Origin: an uncultured Candidatus Micrarchaeota archaeon
GTDB lineage: Archaea; Micrarchaeota; Micrarchaeia; Anstonellales; Bilamarchaeaceae
Assembly: GCA_963714085.1 (NCBI GenBank)
Contig: OY970229.1
Coordinates: 1,184,001 to 1,248,000 of the forward strand
Direction of reading: 5' to 3'
DNA: 64,000 nucleotides
Below the pieces are notes generated by a model that was not told where the DNA came from, did not search any database, and was given only the letters and a program-made list of their open reading frames with translations. Position 1 is the stretch's first letter. Each line of letters begins with the position of its first letter. The position numbers and the translations under genes are program-made. Positions 19,162 to 28,133 of this stretch are shown one piece after another.

Positions 19162-19784
19162 AGCATCACGAACTCCACATCCAGCTTCCTGCCGTCCGTC
19201 TCCGCGACCACGGCCCGCAGCGCGTTGCCGGCCGGGACCTTCACGAGTTTCGTCGGCCCCAGCTGCGAGGTCCCGCTGTGCTCGTGGATGTGCCCGAAGA
19301 ACGCGGCGAACGGCTTCTTCTCCTCTATTATCCTGAGTATCGAATCGCTTCCTGCATGCGAGCCGCGCGCCTCGTCGAAATGCCCCTTGGGCGGGCAGTG
19401 GAGCGCGAGCAGCGTGTTCCTGTCTATCGGCAACGAAGACATCCCCTCGTATATCTTCCCTTCGGTCAGTTCGCCGTGGGTGTGGAACGGGGTGATGCCG
19501 GAATAGCCGAAGCCGACCAGGTTGAACCCCTCTCCCAGGTCGAAGCGCTTCCCATGGGCGTAGTTCCTCGCCTTGCGCATGATCTCGTTCACGCCATCCG
19601 AGTCCCAGTTCCCCGGTATGACGAACGCGTCCGGGAACTTCGAGAGGAAGTCTTCGGCGAAGGAGGCGCTCCTGGCCAGGTCCCCGCACACGAGCAGGTG
19701 GTCGACTCCCCCGGCCATTCTCGCCTCTATGCGCGAGACCGCCTCCTCCTCTTCGTGGATGTCGCACACAACGAGCAGCTTCAT
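19158..19784 (-). CDS. Calcineurin-like metallophosphoesterase
   Basis: DIH, GD, PGNWD, HCPP, GHIHE motifs. Confidence 0.93.
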   Translation of the reverse strand: MKLLVVCDIHEEEEAVSRIEARMAGGVDHLLVCGDLARSASFAEDFLSKFPDAFVIPGNWDSDGVNEIMRKARNYAHGKRFDLGEGFNLVGFGYSGITPFHTHGELTEGKIYEGMSSLPIDRNTLLALHCPPKGHFDEARGSHAGSDSILRIIEEKKPFAAFFGHIHEHSGTSQLGPTKLVKVPAGNALRAVVAETDGRKLDVEFVML

Positions 19785-19800
19785 ATGACCCCCTGCAAGT

Positions 19801-20622
19801 TCATTGGTTGGCGGCCGGCCTCTTCGCTTTCTCGGCCGCATAGGCGGCCATTATCTCCGCGTAACGCTTGTCGAAGTCCGCGAGCAGCCCGGCGCCTATG
19901 TCCCGTTTCGTATACGCGTCGGCCTTGGCCGCTATGCATATCTTGGCAGCCAGAGCCCTGGCTATCCTGCCGCGCACCGCCTTGGGCGAGCCGGATATCC
20001 TCGGGTGCTGGAATATGATGCCGTGCTTGGGCGGGCTTATCCTCCTGTTCTTCAGGTGCTTGAACAGGGCCTTCTCCGCGCCGAGCACCTGTATGGTGGA
20101 CGATGGCAGCCTGGCCAGCCTGGCAAGGGAGCCGACATGGGACACGAGCTTCGCGGCCACCTCGGGCCCGGCGACCTTGGACATGTTCGGGCAGATCTCC
20201 GTCGCGAGCTCGCACTGGTACTTGAGGTAGCGCTCGCGCATGCCGTGCAGCCCGATTATGGAGTTGGCGAAGAACCTGCACTGCGCAAGGTCGTTGTCCG
20301 AGAGCCCGGCGCCAAGGGTCCGCGCGGCCTGCGCGGATATCTCGTCTGCCTTCTTCTGGCCCACGGAGCTCGCCAGCTCCTTCTTGTCGAGGTTCGCGCG
20401 GTCTATGCTGAGCACGAGCTCAGCGTACTTGAGCTTGTCCTCGACCTTCATCTCCGGGAAGTAGATGCCGTACCATTCCTCCAGCCTCTCGCCCAGGAGG
20501 TTGATGACCTTGTCCAGGTCCTCCATGGTCTTGGTGACCCCGCTGAGCAGCATGTCGCGGGACATGAGGGCGGCCTTCACCCGCTCCCTGGCCCTTTTCA
20601 TAAATATGTCTCGTTTCTCCAT
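19801..20622 (-). CDS. nop5: Box C/D RNP protein Nop5 (coiled-coil and Nop domain only)
   Basis: ERLEEWYGIYFPE, PSSTIQVLGAEKALF, PKHGIIF, RGRIARALAAK. Confidence 0.95.
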   Translation of the reverse strand: MEKRDIFMKRARERVKAALMSRDMLLSGVTKTMEDLDKVINLLGERLEEWYGIYFPEMKVEDKLKYAELVLSIDRANLDKKELASSVGQKKADEISAQAARTLGAGLSDNDLAQCRFFANSIIGLHGMRERYLKYQCELATEICPNMSKVAGPEVAAKLVSHVGSLARLARLPSSTIQVLGAEKALFKHLKNRRISPPKHGIIFQHPRISGSPKAVRGRIARALAAKICIAAKADAYTKRDIGAGLLADFDKRYAEIMAAYAAEKAKRPAANQ

Positions 20623-20685
20623 GGGGCATTGATGAGCATAACGTTATAAAAAGTTAGTTATACCCAATCCTTCCAAGGTAATCTC

Positions 20686-21222
20686 ATGAACCAGGTCCAG
20701 AAACTCACGAACGAGACTGTCAAGAACGGCGGAGTGCTCGCGCTGCTCTATTTCGACATACACACGAAGACCAAGGACCTGGCGCAGGAGGTGGGCGCGG
20801 GATTCGTCAACGACCTCCTCAGGTACAACGGCGTGGTCTACGCCGTGGGCGAGATAGACGAGCCCCTCGAGAGCAAGGAGGGCGACTCCATGTTCTCCAC
20901 CTCGGTGCAGGTGAAGGTGCTCACCAAGAAGTTCGGCCATCTCATGCTCATCTGCGCCACCTTCAGCCCGTTCACGGTCGAGATACTCCAGCCTGACGAG
21001 ATACGGCTTCCTCTGAACGAGGCCCACGAGCTGCTCAGCACGATCGGCGCGATCACACTGGACTACAAGAAGTTCATAGTTGAGCGGATCAAGTCGCCGG
21101 CGGAATCCAGGCAGTACACCGAGCTGCTCTCCCGGAGGGCGGCGCTCGGCAGGCAGATCCTTTCGAGGAAGTCGGCAGCCGAGGAGGCGAAGAAACCGGC
21201 CGCGGAAGAGGCGAAGAAATGA
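20686..21222 (+). CDS. Conserved hypothetical protein
   Basis: 178 aa, core codon usage, ATGA overlap with the downstream ATPase. Confidence 0.75.
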   Translation: MNQVQKLTNETVKNGGVLALLYFDIHTKTKDLAQEVGAGFVNDLLRYNGVVYAVGEIDEPLESKEGDSMFSTSVQVKVLTKKFGHLMLICATFSPFTVEILQPDEIRLPLNEAHELLSTIGAITLDYKKFIVERIKSPAESRQYTELLSRRAALGRQILSRKSAAEEAKKPAAEEAKK

Positions 21223-21917
21223 AGCGCGAGTTCATCAAAAGCGGGATACCCGGCCTGGACAAGATAACCGGGGGCGGGCTGCTCGAGGGCTCCGTGGTCA
21301 CGCTGAGCGGGCCTACGGGGAGCGGCAAGAGCACGTTCGCGATGCAGTTCCTGGTGGAGGGGGCGCTCAAGTTCAAGGAGGCCGGCGTCTACATCGCGAT
21401 AGAGGAGAGCAAGGACTCCATGTACTTCCACATGAGCGGCTATGCCTGGGACCTGGACAAGATGGAGAAAGCCCGGCAGCTGGTCTTCCTGGACTACCCG
21501 GTCTACGAGGTGGACCAGTTCATGAACCAGTACTCCGCCATATTGGAGATCATCAACTCAGTGGGCGCGCGTCGCGTGGTCATAGACTCCATAATGCCCA
21601 TAGCCCTGTTCTTCCCCAACGACGAGGAGAGGAAGAAGGGGTTCCTCAAGTTCATAGACAACATCCGCAAGTGGAACACCACGACGCTCATAGTGTCCGA
21701 GGACACGACATCCGCGGCCGGAGAGGCGCTCCCGGAGACCAAGTACGGCATAGAGACCTTCACGGACGCCTGGATACACATATACAACATATTCTCAGAT
21801 AAGACGAAGGAGCGCACCCGCGAGATCGAGGTGCTCAAGATGAAGGGCGCGGCCCACAGCACGAAGAGATACCCGGCGAAGATAGACGCGAACGGGTTCA
21901 CGATACTGGTCAAATAG
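21219..21917 (+). CDS. KaiC/RAD55-like (RecA-fold) ATPase, single domain
   Basis: SGIPGLD, GPTGSGKS, EES, RVVIDS, LKMKG. Confidence 0.92.
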   Translation: MKREFIKSGIPGLDKITGGGLLEGSVVTLSGPTGSGKSTFAMQFLVEGALKFKEAGVYIAIEESKDSMYFHMSGYAWDLDKMEKARQLVFLDYPVYEVDQFMNQYSAILEIINSVGARRVVIDSIMPIALFFPNDEERKKGFLKFIDNIRKWNTTTLIVSEDTTSAAGEALPETKYGIETFTDAWIHIYNIFSDKTKERTREIEVLKMKGAAHSTKRYPAKIDANGFTILVK

Positions 21918-22431
21918 GCCTGAGAACGCCCCAGACCAGTTTCCGCTCCTTCTCATCCAGCTTGTCGTAATCGGATTCGTACAGGATTATGCGCTTGCCC
22001 AGCTTCAGGAAACGCGCGGCCGACTCTTTCGTGGCCTCCTCGATTATGACATCGTGCACGATCTCCGCATCTCCGTGGTAGCCCGAAGTTGCGACCCCCA
22101 CCAGCAGCCGCTCGCTTTTTTTCCATTCCGAGAGGTCGGCTCCCAAGTCCAGGACCACCCGCGCCTTCACCTTGATGAGCCTCTCGATCATGTCCTTCTT
22201 CACGCTGCACTCGACCTGGATGTTCACGAAATAGGTGAGCTTGTCGTAGATGTCCATGTTGGACGTGGTCCCCCTGATCGCGTCCAGGTCAGCGATGTGG
22301 ATGAGCTTCGCGCCTTTCTCCGAGAGCTTCCTCACGAGCTGCGTGGGGTTCCCCATCATGCGGAGCGAGCCGTGGTCCATCCTGTACGCCTGCTTGTCCT
22401 TCACGTAGAAAAGAGGTATGTCGAGCGTCAT
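21910..22431 (-). CDS. Truncated, degenerate HisA/HisF-like barrel protein
   Basis: GNP...GAKLIHIADLDA...IQVE resembles the HisA N-terminal half; only 173 aa. Confidence 0.65.
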   Translation of the reverse strand: MTLDIPLFYVKDKQAYRMDHGSLRMMGNPTQLVRKLSEKGAKLIHIADLDAIRGTTSNMDIYDKLTYFVNIQVECSVKKDMIERLIKVKARVVLDLGADLSEWKKSERLLVGVATSGYHGDAEIVHDVIIEEATKESAARFLKLGKRIILYESDYDKLDEKERKLVWGVLRPI

Positions 22432-22472
22432 CGTTTCCCTTTATCCATGCGATCAAAATATTGAACGATCGT

Positions 22473-23714
22473 TCATTTTATTGAACGCACTCTCCCAATC
22501 GCGTCCTCTATCTTCAGGGCCTCCTCCTTCCCGCTCGCCATGTCCCTGAGCGTGACTGTGCCGGCCTCCTTCTCGCGCTCGCCTACGACCGCGACGTAGG
22601 GGATGGACAGAGTGTTCGCGTAGTCAAGTTGTTTTCTTAGGTTGCGCTCGTTGAGGTCGGTCTCGCATTCTATTCCCCCGATGCGGAACTTCGCCGCGAC
22701 CTCTAGAGCATAGGAGTATAACTCGGGTTTTACCACCGCGAGGAAGACACGGGTGTCGGTCTTCTTGACCGCCGTCTTCTTCTCGGTTATGAGTGTCACC
22801 AGCCGTTCGATGCCCACCGATATCCCGGTGGCTGGCGCCGGCTGGCCGTAAACCCCTAATAAGTTGTCGTACCTTCCGCCTCCCATGACGCTGCCCATGC
22901 CCTCGCTGAGACTGACCTCGAACACCGGCCCGGTGTAATATCCGAGGCCGCGCGCAAGCGGAAGGCTTATCTCGATCTCGATTCCGCTGCACAGCTCCAG
23001 TATCTGCTCCAGCTCCTTCGCGCCCTCGGGGCTGTATTTGGCCGCGAGCGATAATTTCTTCTTGTTGTCGCCCTCCGCGTTTATCACGTCGAGGAGCTCC
23101 TTCGCCTTCTTCTTGCCGAGTATCTCCTGGAGCAGCTTGTCCACTTCGGCCTCGCCTATCTTGTCGAGTTTGTCCAGCACGCGGAAAACTTCCCCCTTGC
23201 TCTCGTCAAGCCCGAGCTTGGCGGATATCCCGTCGAGTATCTTGCGGTTGTTGAGCAGGATGCGCGGCTTTCCGAACCCGAACGCGACGCAGAGCGTGTT
23301 CGCGATGGAGAGCAATTCCGCTTCGCATCGCATGGACGGGCTCCCTATTATGTCAGCGTCAGCCTGGTAGAACTCGCGGAACCTTCCTCTCTGCGGCTCC
23401 TCCTTCCTCCAGACCACGTCGACCGCATACCGTTTGAAGGGCTTGGGCGTGTCCGTCCCGGCCGCGTATCTGGCGAGCGGCACCGTGAGGTCGAACCTGA
23501 GCCCGTACTCGTTGCCTTCGATCACGAATATCTGCTTGTCCACCTCGGGGCCGGCTTTTGCCCGGAGCGTCTCAAGGTATTCCATGGCCGGGGTCTCCAG
23601 CGGCCGGTAGCCGTAGAGCTGGAAGGTGCGCCGTATGCCGCCTATGACCTCCTCGCGCACGAACATGTCCTCGGGCCCGATGTCCCGCATTCCTTTCGGA
23701 GTGAGCTTTGCCAT
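22473..23714 (-). CDS. hisS: Histidine--tRNA ligase
   Basis: PKGMRD, LRFDLT, RKEEPQRGRFREFYQ, ARGLGYYTG, GGGRYD. Confidence 0.97.
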   Translation of the reverse strand: MAKLTPKGMRDIGPEDMFVREEVIGGIRRTFQLYGYRPLETPAMEYLETLRAKAGPEVDKQIFVIEGNEYGLRFDLTVPLARYAAGTDTPKPFKRYAVDVVWRKEEPQRGRFREFYQADADIIGSPSMRCEAELLSIANTLCVAFGFGKPRILLNNRKILDGISAKLGLDESKGEVFRVLDKLDKIGEAEVDKLLQEILGKKKAKELLDVINAEGDNKKKLSLAAKYSPEGAKELEQILELCSGIEIEISLPLARGLGYYTGPVFEVSLSEGMGSVMGGGRYDNLLGVYGQPAPATGISVGIERLVTLITEKKTAVKKTDTRVFLAVVKPELYSYALEVAAKFRIGGIECETDLNERNLRKQLDYANTLSIPYVAVVGEREKEAGTVTLRDMASGKEEALKIEDAIGRVRSIK

Positions 23715-23757
23715 GGTAACCACTTTCTACTTTCGGATTTAAAAAATGGAAAGAAAA

Positions 23758-24168
23758 TCAAGGGATGGCCGGGTAGCGCTGCCCCTTTTTCTTCGTCATG
23801 GTCCGGCGCAGTATCTCGCCCAGCACGTCCTCTATCCGGACGCCCCTGTTCACGAGGTACAACTGGACGAAATACAGCAGGTCCGCCGCCTCCCATATCA
23901 GGTTCCTCTCCCCGCGCGCGGTTATCAGCTCGACCGATTCCTCTATGACCTTCTTGCGTATCTTCCTGGGGTCGGCTAGGAGCTGCGACGTGTACGACCC
24001 CGGGTCGGGATTCCGCTCGCGCTCCCGTATCATGGCGGTCTCGAGCTGCAGGGCGAGCGCTGACGGTCCGGACCGCCGGATCATCGCGTCGATATCCCTT
24101 TTCCCGAAAACCTCTGCCGGGTCGGGCAGGGCCTGCTTTTTCGGCGTTCGTATTTTTCTCATGGCCAT
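23758..24168 (-). CDS. hisE: Phosphoribosyl-ATP pyrophosphatase
   Basis: GSYTSQLL...KKVIEESVE...WEAADLLY. Confidence 0.92.
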   Translation of the reverse strand: MAMRKIRTPKKQALPDPAEVFGKRDIDAMIRRSGPSALALQLETAMIRERERNPDPGSYTSQLLADPRKIRKKVIEESVELITARGERNLIWEAADLLYFVQLYLVNRGVRIEDVLGEILRRTMTKKKGQRYPAIP

Positions 24169-24172
24169 CGCC

Positions 24173-25021
24173 TCAGAGGACTATCAGCCTGGGCTCTGTG
24201 ACAACGATGCCAGAGCCCCCGTTCCCTTTCAGCGCCACCACCAGGTCCTCTATGCCTTTCTCCGGCACCGCCGCGGTCAGGGCGTAACCGCCGCCCACGA
24301 TGGGGCTGACGTCAGGATTTTTCAGGGCCGGAAGGATTTTCACCAGCTCGTCCCTTATCAGGTCCGTAGCCGCGTTTACCCGGACCATCAGGCGTTTTCG
24401 CGCTTCTATCACCGCTCTCAGGCAAAGCTCAATCCGGTCGATCTCCGGCTTCCTGCTTTTCAGGGATGCGGGATTCGCTAAAAGCCTCACCCGCGATTCC
24501 ATCAGCACCTTCAGGATGCGCAGGCCGTTCTCGCGCAACGTGGTGCCGGTGTCCACCTGGTCCACTATGGCTTCGGCTATGCGGAAGAACGGCGCGGTCT
24601 CAAGCGCGCCCTGGAGCCGGATTATCTTCGCGCTGCGGCAGTAACGCTCGGCGAGATTAGGCATCGTGGTGGCGATGCTTTCCGGCTCCCTTATCCTCGG
24701 CGGTGCCGCGAGGGCCACCTTGCAGGCCCCGAAATCCAGTTCCATCACCACCGCGAGGTCCCTTATGCGCCCCCAGGAGGGCGTGGTACAAAGGCCGCAC
24801 TCCGCAACGGCATCGTCGCCGGCAATGCCGATGTCCGCGGCACCGCGCGCCACGAACAACGGTATGTCCATGGCGCGTGCCAGCAGCAGCCGCACCCCTG
24901 CCCGAGACGTCGGGACGATGAGCTTCCGGTCGTCTCCGCCAAGGGCCTTCATGCCCGCGTCCTCAAGGAGCCTGAACAACGGCTCCCTCATCCTGCCCTT
25001 GTTGGGCACCGCTATGGTCAC
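24173..25021 (-). CDS. hisG: ATP phosphoribosyltransferase, long form
   Basis: IAVPNKGR, RAMDIP, DIGIAGDD, IVDQVDTGTTLRENGL, plus C-terminal regulatory domain. Confidence 0.95.
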   Translation of the reverse strand: MTIAVPNKGRMREPLFRLLEDAGMKALGGDDRKLIVPTSRAGVRLLLARAMDIPLFVARGAADIGIAGDDAVAECGLCTTPSWGRIRDLAVVMELDFGACKVALAAPPRIREPESIATTMPNLAERYCRSAKIIRLQGALETAPFFRIAEAIVDQVDTGTTLRENGLRILKVLMESRVRLLANPASLKSRKPEIDRIELCLRAVIEARKRLMVRVNAATDLIRDELVKILPALKNPDVSPIVGGGYALTAAVPEKGIEDLVVALKGNGGSGIVVTEPRLIVL

Positions 25022-25333
25022 TTCATTCGTGAAGTAAACCCCTTCCTTTTTTCACCTTGTTTTCCATTCCATTCATTTTTCACACCTCCTTGTTTTTTCT
25101 CTACATAGCTCCCGTTTCGGGAGAATGCGCACGATTCAACGTTTTCCGGAGCTCTCGCTATGCTTGCGTTTATCCTGCCGCCTTGCGCGGCGCTCACGTT
25201 CAGGAGTATTTTTTCCCCGGTTCTGATCCCGATGGCGTCCCTTATCTCCAAGGGTAAGACTAGCCGGCCCTTCCTGTCAAGCCGGATGAAGCAAATCCCT
25301 TCCCATGAAGGACATCCCTTCCTTGTTTCTCCA
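25018..25333 (-). pseudogene. AbrB/MazE/SpoVT-like DNA-binding protein, apparently frameshifted near the N-terminus
   Basis: Reading frame contains IRLDRKGRLVLPLEIRDAIGIRTGEKILL; stop overlaps the hisG GTG; the SD-preceded ATG at 25333 is in a different frame. Confidence 0.6.
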
Positions 25334-25478
25334 TCGTTTTCACCTTGTTCGCATGGTCATTGTGATTTTTCCCACTATTTATTTGTTTGTAACAAAATCC
25401 ATCCTCGTCTATTGCTCCCCTCTCCCCGGGTTTTCTGTTGCAGTACGTCTTTTAAACTGATTCAACGAAATTAGCGTA

Positions 25479-26483
25479 ATGGCGATCATGCGGAACAAGC
25501 AGCCGCGCCTGTGGTGGGTGAACGCACAGACCCCAGGTAACGGCCAGCCCCTCTCAAGAAGCAACTCCGCGATACTGCCGGCTGACAGGCAGAACAAAGC
25601 CAGGATATTCTGCAGCCGTAAAGAACTCTCGTTCTCCGCGCAAATGCTCAAGGGAAGGGAGAGGAGCATATGCCAGGATACCATCGCGATGCTCGTGCGC
25701 GACGACATCATCATGGCAGCGGTGCTCGACGGCCACGAAAGCTGGGGTCATTTGTACTCCCTTGAGATGGCGCGCTGCCTGGTCCGTTTAGCCAGGCACC
25801 TGCGGACGCCGACCGGGCCCGATGCCAAGCAGCTCATCATCGAAGCTGCGAAGGCCATGCCGTTTCTCCCCAGCGAAGACTATCTCGAGGCCTTGCTCGG
25901 AGCCCCGAAGAAAGGAGGCACCACGGTGACAGTGGCGCTGTTGGGCAGGGACCGCAGGTACAGCATAGCCACGCTTGGCGACTCGCCGCCGTACCTGGTC
26001 GGGCACGGCTCCGCGAAGCGGCTGTCTGACAGCTCCTGCATCTTGGACATCGATAGAAAAGACGAGGGCGGCCGCCTGTTCATAGGCAAAGACATCGTCC
26101 AATGGGATGATTATCTCGAAGTGCGGAATTACATATTCGGAGCGGTCAACGGATTCGTCACCACCAAGTCGGAGATACAAGTCAAGGAAGGCGAGCTGGA
26201 ACGCGGCATGAAGCTGGTGCTGGTGAGCGACGGGATAACGAAGAACCTCTCATGCGTCACGGACCTTTCCATGAACGTGCTTGATGTGAGCGGCAATCTT
26301 GACATGGCCCGGATCATGCGCGATGGCATGACGCTGACCGAAGCCACCTCGCGCTTGTTATCGGTCGCCCGCAGCCGCGCGGATGGCAAGAGCGGACCCA
26401 CTTTCCGGTCCAACGGTGAGCGCCTCGAGGTCGTTTCACCGGCTGACGATGACATGACCGTGATAGCGCTCGCAGCGGACTGA
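25479..26483 (+). CDS. PP2C/PPM-family protein phosphatase-like protein
   Basis: CQD, VLDGH, GGTT, LGDS, VSDG, DDMTV motifs. Confidence 0.85.
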   Translation: MAIMRNKQPRLWWVNAQTPGNGQPLSRSNSAILPADRQNKARIFCSRKELSFSAQMLKGRERSICQDTIAMLVRDDIIMAAVLDGHESWGHLYSLEMARCLVRLARHLRTPTGPDAKQLIIEAAKAMPFLPSEDYLEALLGAPKKGGTTVTVALLGRDRRYSIATLGDSPPYLVGHGSAKRLSDSSCILDIDRKDEGGRLFIGKDIVQWDDYLEVRNYIFGAVNGFVTTKSEIQVKEGELERGMKLVLVSDGITKNLSCVTDLSMNVLDVSGNLDMARIMRDGMTLTEATSRLLSVARSRADGKSGPTFRSNGERLEVVSPADDDMTVIALAAD

Positions 26484-26530
26484 CGCTCCATGCGAATATT
26501 TTTATGCATGTCGCTGCGTAAAACGGTTCT

Positions 26531-27025
26531 ATGGAACTCTACGATAATAAATTCCTGCCGATGGACTCGTTCGTCCGCATCTTCGCGCTCGCTTCCATAG
26601 CGGTGCTCACGTTCTCGCTCAGCTTCATGGTGCTCCCGTTCATGAGCTGGGAGTTCCACTTCTTCCAGCTGGGGATATTCCTGTCCGCGTTCCTTTTCGG
26701 TCCGTTCGCGGGCGCCGTGGTAGGCGCGTTTTCGTCATCCTATAACGGCCTCTTCATAATCCACAACCCATGGATAATCGGGGGCAACGCGCTGCTCGGC
26801 TTCTCCGCCGCATACTTATATACTAAGACCACGCCGTTCAAGGCTGCGATGGCAGCATACGCGATACAGCTGCCCTACCTGGTTGCGACCGACGTGCTCT
26901 TTGCCGGCATGGCACCTATGATCGTGCTCGGGCTCGCGGCCACGCTCCTGGCCGAGAACGTGCTCTGCGCCTTCATGGCAGTCTCCATGGCGCCGCATGT
27001 GAAGGCGCTCCTCTCACGCTCATGA
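26531..27025 (+). CDS. ECF transporter S-component-like membrane protein
   Basis: About five to six TM segments; LSAFLFGPFAGAVVG motif. Confidence 0.7.
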   Translation: MELYDNKFLPMDSFVRIFALASIAVLTFSLSFMVLPFMSWEFHFFQLGIFLSAFLFGPFAGAVVGAFSSSYNGLFIIHNPWIIGGNALLGFSAAYLYTKTTPFKAAMAAYAIQLPYLVATDVLFAGMAPMIVLGLAATLLAENVLCAFMAVSMAPHVKALLSRS

Positions 27026-27450
27026 AACCCATCCCGGTCTCCTACGGAGAGATAATGGATTCCACCCCCTGGGTCAGCCTCAGGGCTTTCTCGCCCGACA
27101 TGGTGATAGGGGTGGAGCGCGGGGGAATGGTACTCGCCGCGATAACCGCGTTCCGGTTGGACGCCGCGCTCGCCACGGTGCGCGCTTCATTATACGATGA
27201 TTCGAAACCTGCCAAGGAGAAGCACCCGGAGCCCGAGATCATGCCCGCCCCGCTTCCGTCTCTTGCGGGCAGGCGCGTCCTCATCGTGGATGACGTGTGT
27301 AATACAGGCAGGACACTTGCCGCGGTCAGTAGGCTCGTGCAATCCGCAGGCCCGAAGGAAGTGAAGACGTTCGTCTATGCGGGCAACGCGGATTTCTCCT
27401 GCAAGCCGTTCGAGAAATGCCTGAGATTCCCTTGGGAGGAAGTGCGGTAA
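27022..27450 (+). CDS. Type I phosphoribosyltransferase
   Basis: IGVERGG and VLIVDDVCNTGRTL. Confidence 0.92.
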   Translation: MKPIPVSYGEIMDSTPWVSLRAFSPDMVIGVERGGMVLAAITAFRLDAALATVRASLYDDSKPAKEKHPEPEIMPAPLPSLAGRRVLIVDDVCNTGRTLAAVSRLVQSAGPKEVKTFVYAGNADFSCKPFEKCLRFPWEEVR

Positions 27451-27488
27451 GTTTTTATTCTCTTCTCCGCGAAACGAATACCCTATAC

Positions 27489-27581
27489 AGCCCCGTCGTC
27501 TAGTGGTCAAGGATAGGAGGCTCTGGCTTTTCCTAAAAAAGGAGAAACCTCTTGACATCGGTTCGAATCCGGTCGGGGCTA
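27489..27581 (+). tRNA. tRNA-Gln(CTG) with canonical 37/38 intron (27527-27546)
   Basis: AGCCCCG/CGGGGCT-A; GGAGG-CT-CTG-G[intron]A-CCTCT; intron GGAG pairs with CTCT in a BHB. Confidence 0.92.
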
Positions 27582-27604
27582 AAAACTTCCCATCGCCGTC
27601 GGAA

Positions 27605-28018
27605 TCAGGCCGGCTTGAACATCTCGGCGTCCACGCTCTCTATCCCGACGACCTCGCTGTACTCCCTCGGGTCGAACGACGCCCCTTCCCACACCACCAG
27701 TATGGTGTTCCTCGAAACGCGCACGGCGATCAGGACCTCGCTGCGCTCCGCTATCTTCTTTCCGAGGTTGGACACGAGCCTGGGGCCGAGCTCCGAAAGG
27801 AGATAGTCCTTCACCCTGAGGTTCGCGGCTTTCATGAGGCCTCTTTTCGAATTGCCCAGCACCACGTTGAATCCCCGTATCACGCCGTCCTGCTTCATCC
27901 TGTTGAACCTCAGGTATACCGTAGGCCTGGGAACTCCGATCATGTCGGCTATTTTGGACAGCGGCGTGCTCGCGTCTTTCTGGAGGATATCTATGATCCG
28001 TTTGTCAAGATCGTCCAT
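27605..28018 (-). CDS. Lrp/AsnC family transcriptional regulator
   Basis: MDDLDKRIIDILQKDASTPLSKIA...TVYLRFNRMKQDGVIRGF. Confidence 0.9.
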   Translation of the reverse strand: MDDLDKRIIDILQKDASTPLSKIADMIGVPRPTVYLRFNRMKQDGVIRGFNVVLGNSKRGLMKAANLRVKDYLLSELGPRLVSNLGKKIAERSEVLIAVRVSRNTILVVWEGASFDPREYSEVVGIESVDAEMFKPA

Positions 28019-28133
28019 GTGACCCCTTCCCTTTGAATATTTTTTATTTTGCTGCTCTTTTTATACCTATCTAAGGTGGGCAGGCATTATAATCCTCACG
28101 GTAATGCCCTGACAAGCATTTTATAAACTTTTT

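Noticed and set aside
18772..19767. 331-aa GNAT fusion; similarly extended ORFs for the SDR (12124), rpoH (40215) and the lipoprotein (49545)
   Set aside because: The N-terminal extensions overlap neighbouring genes or promoters; internal starts fit the domain boundaries
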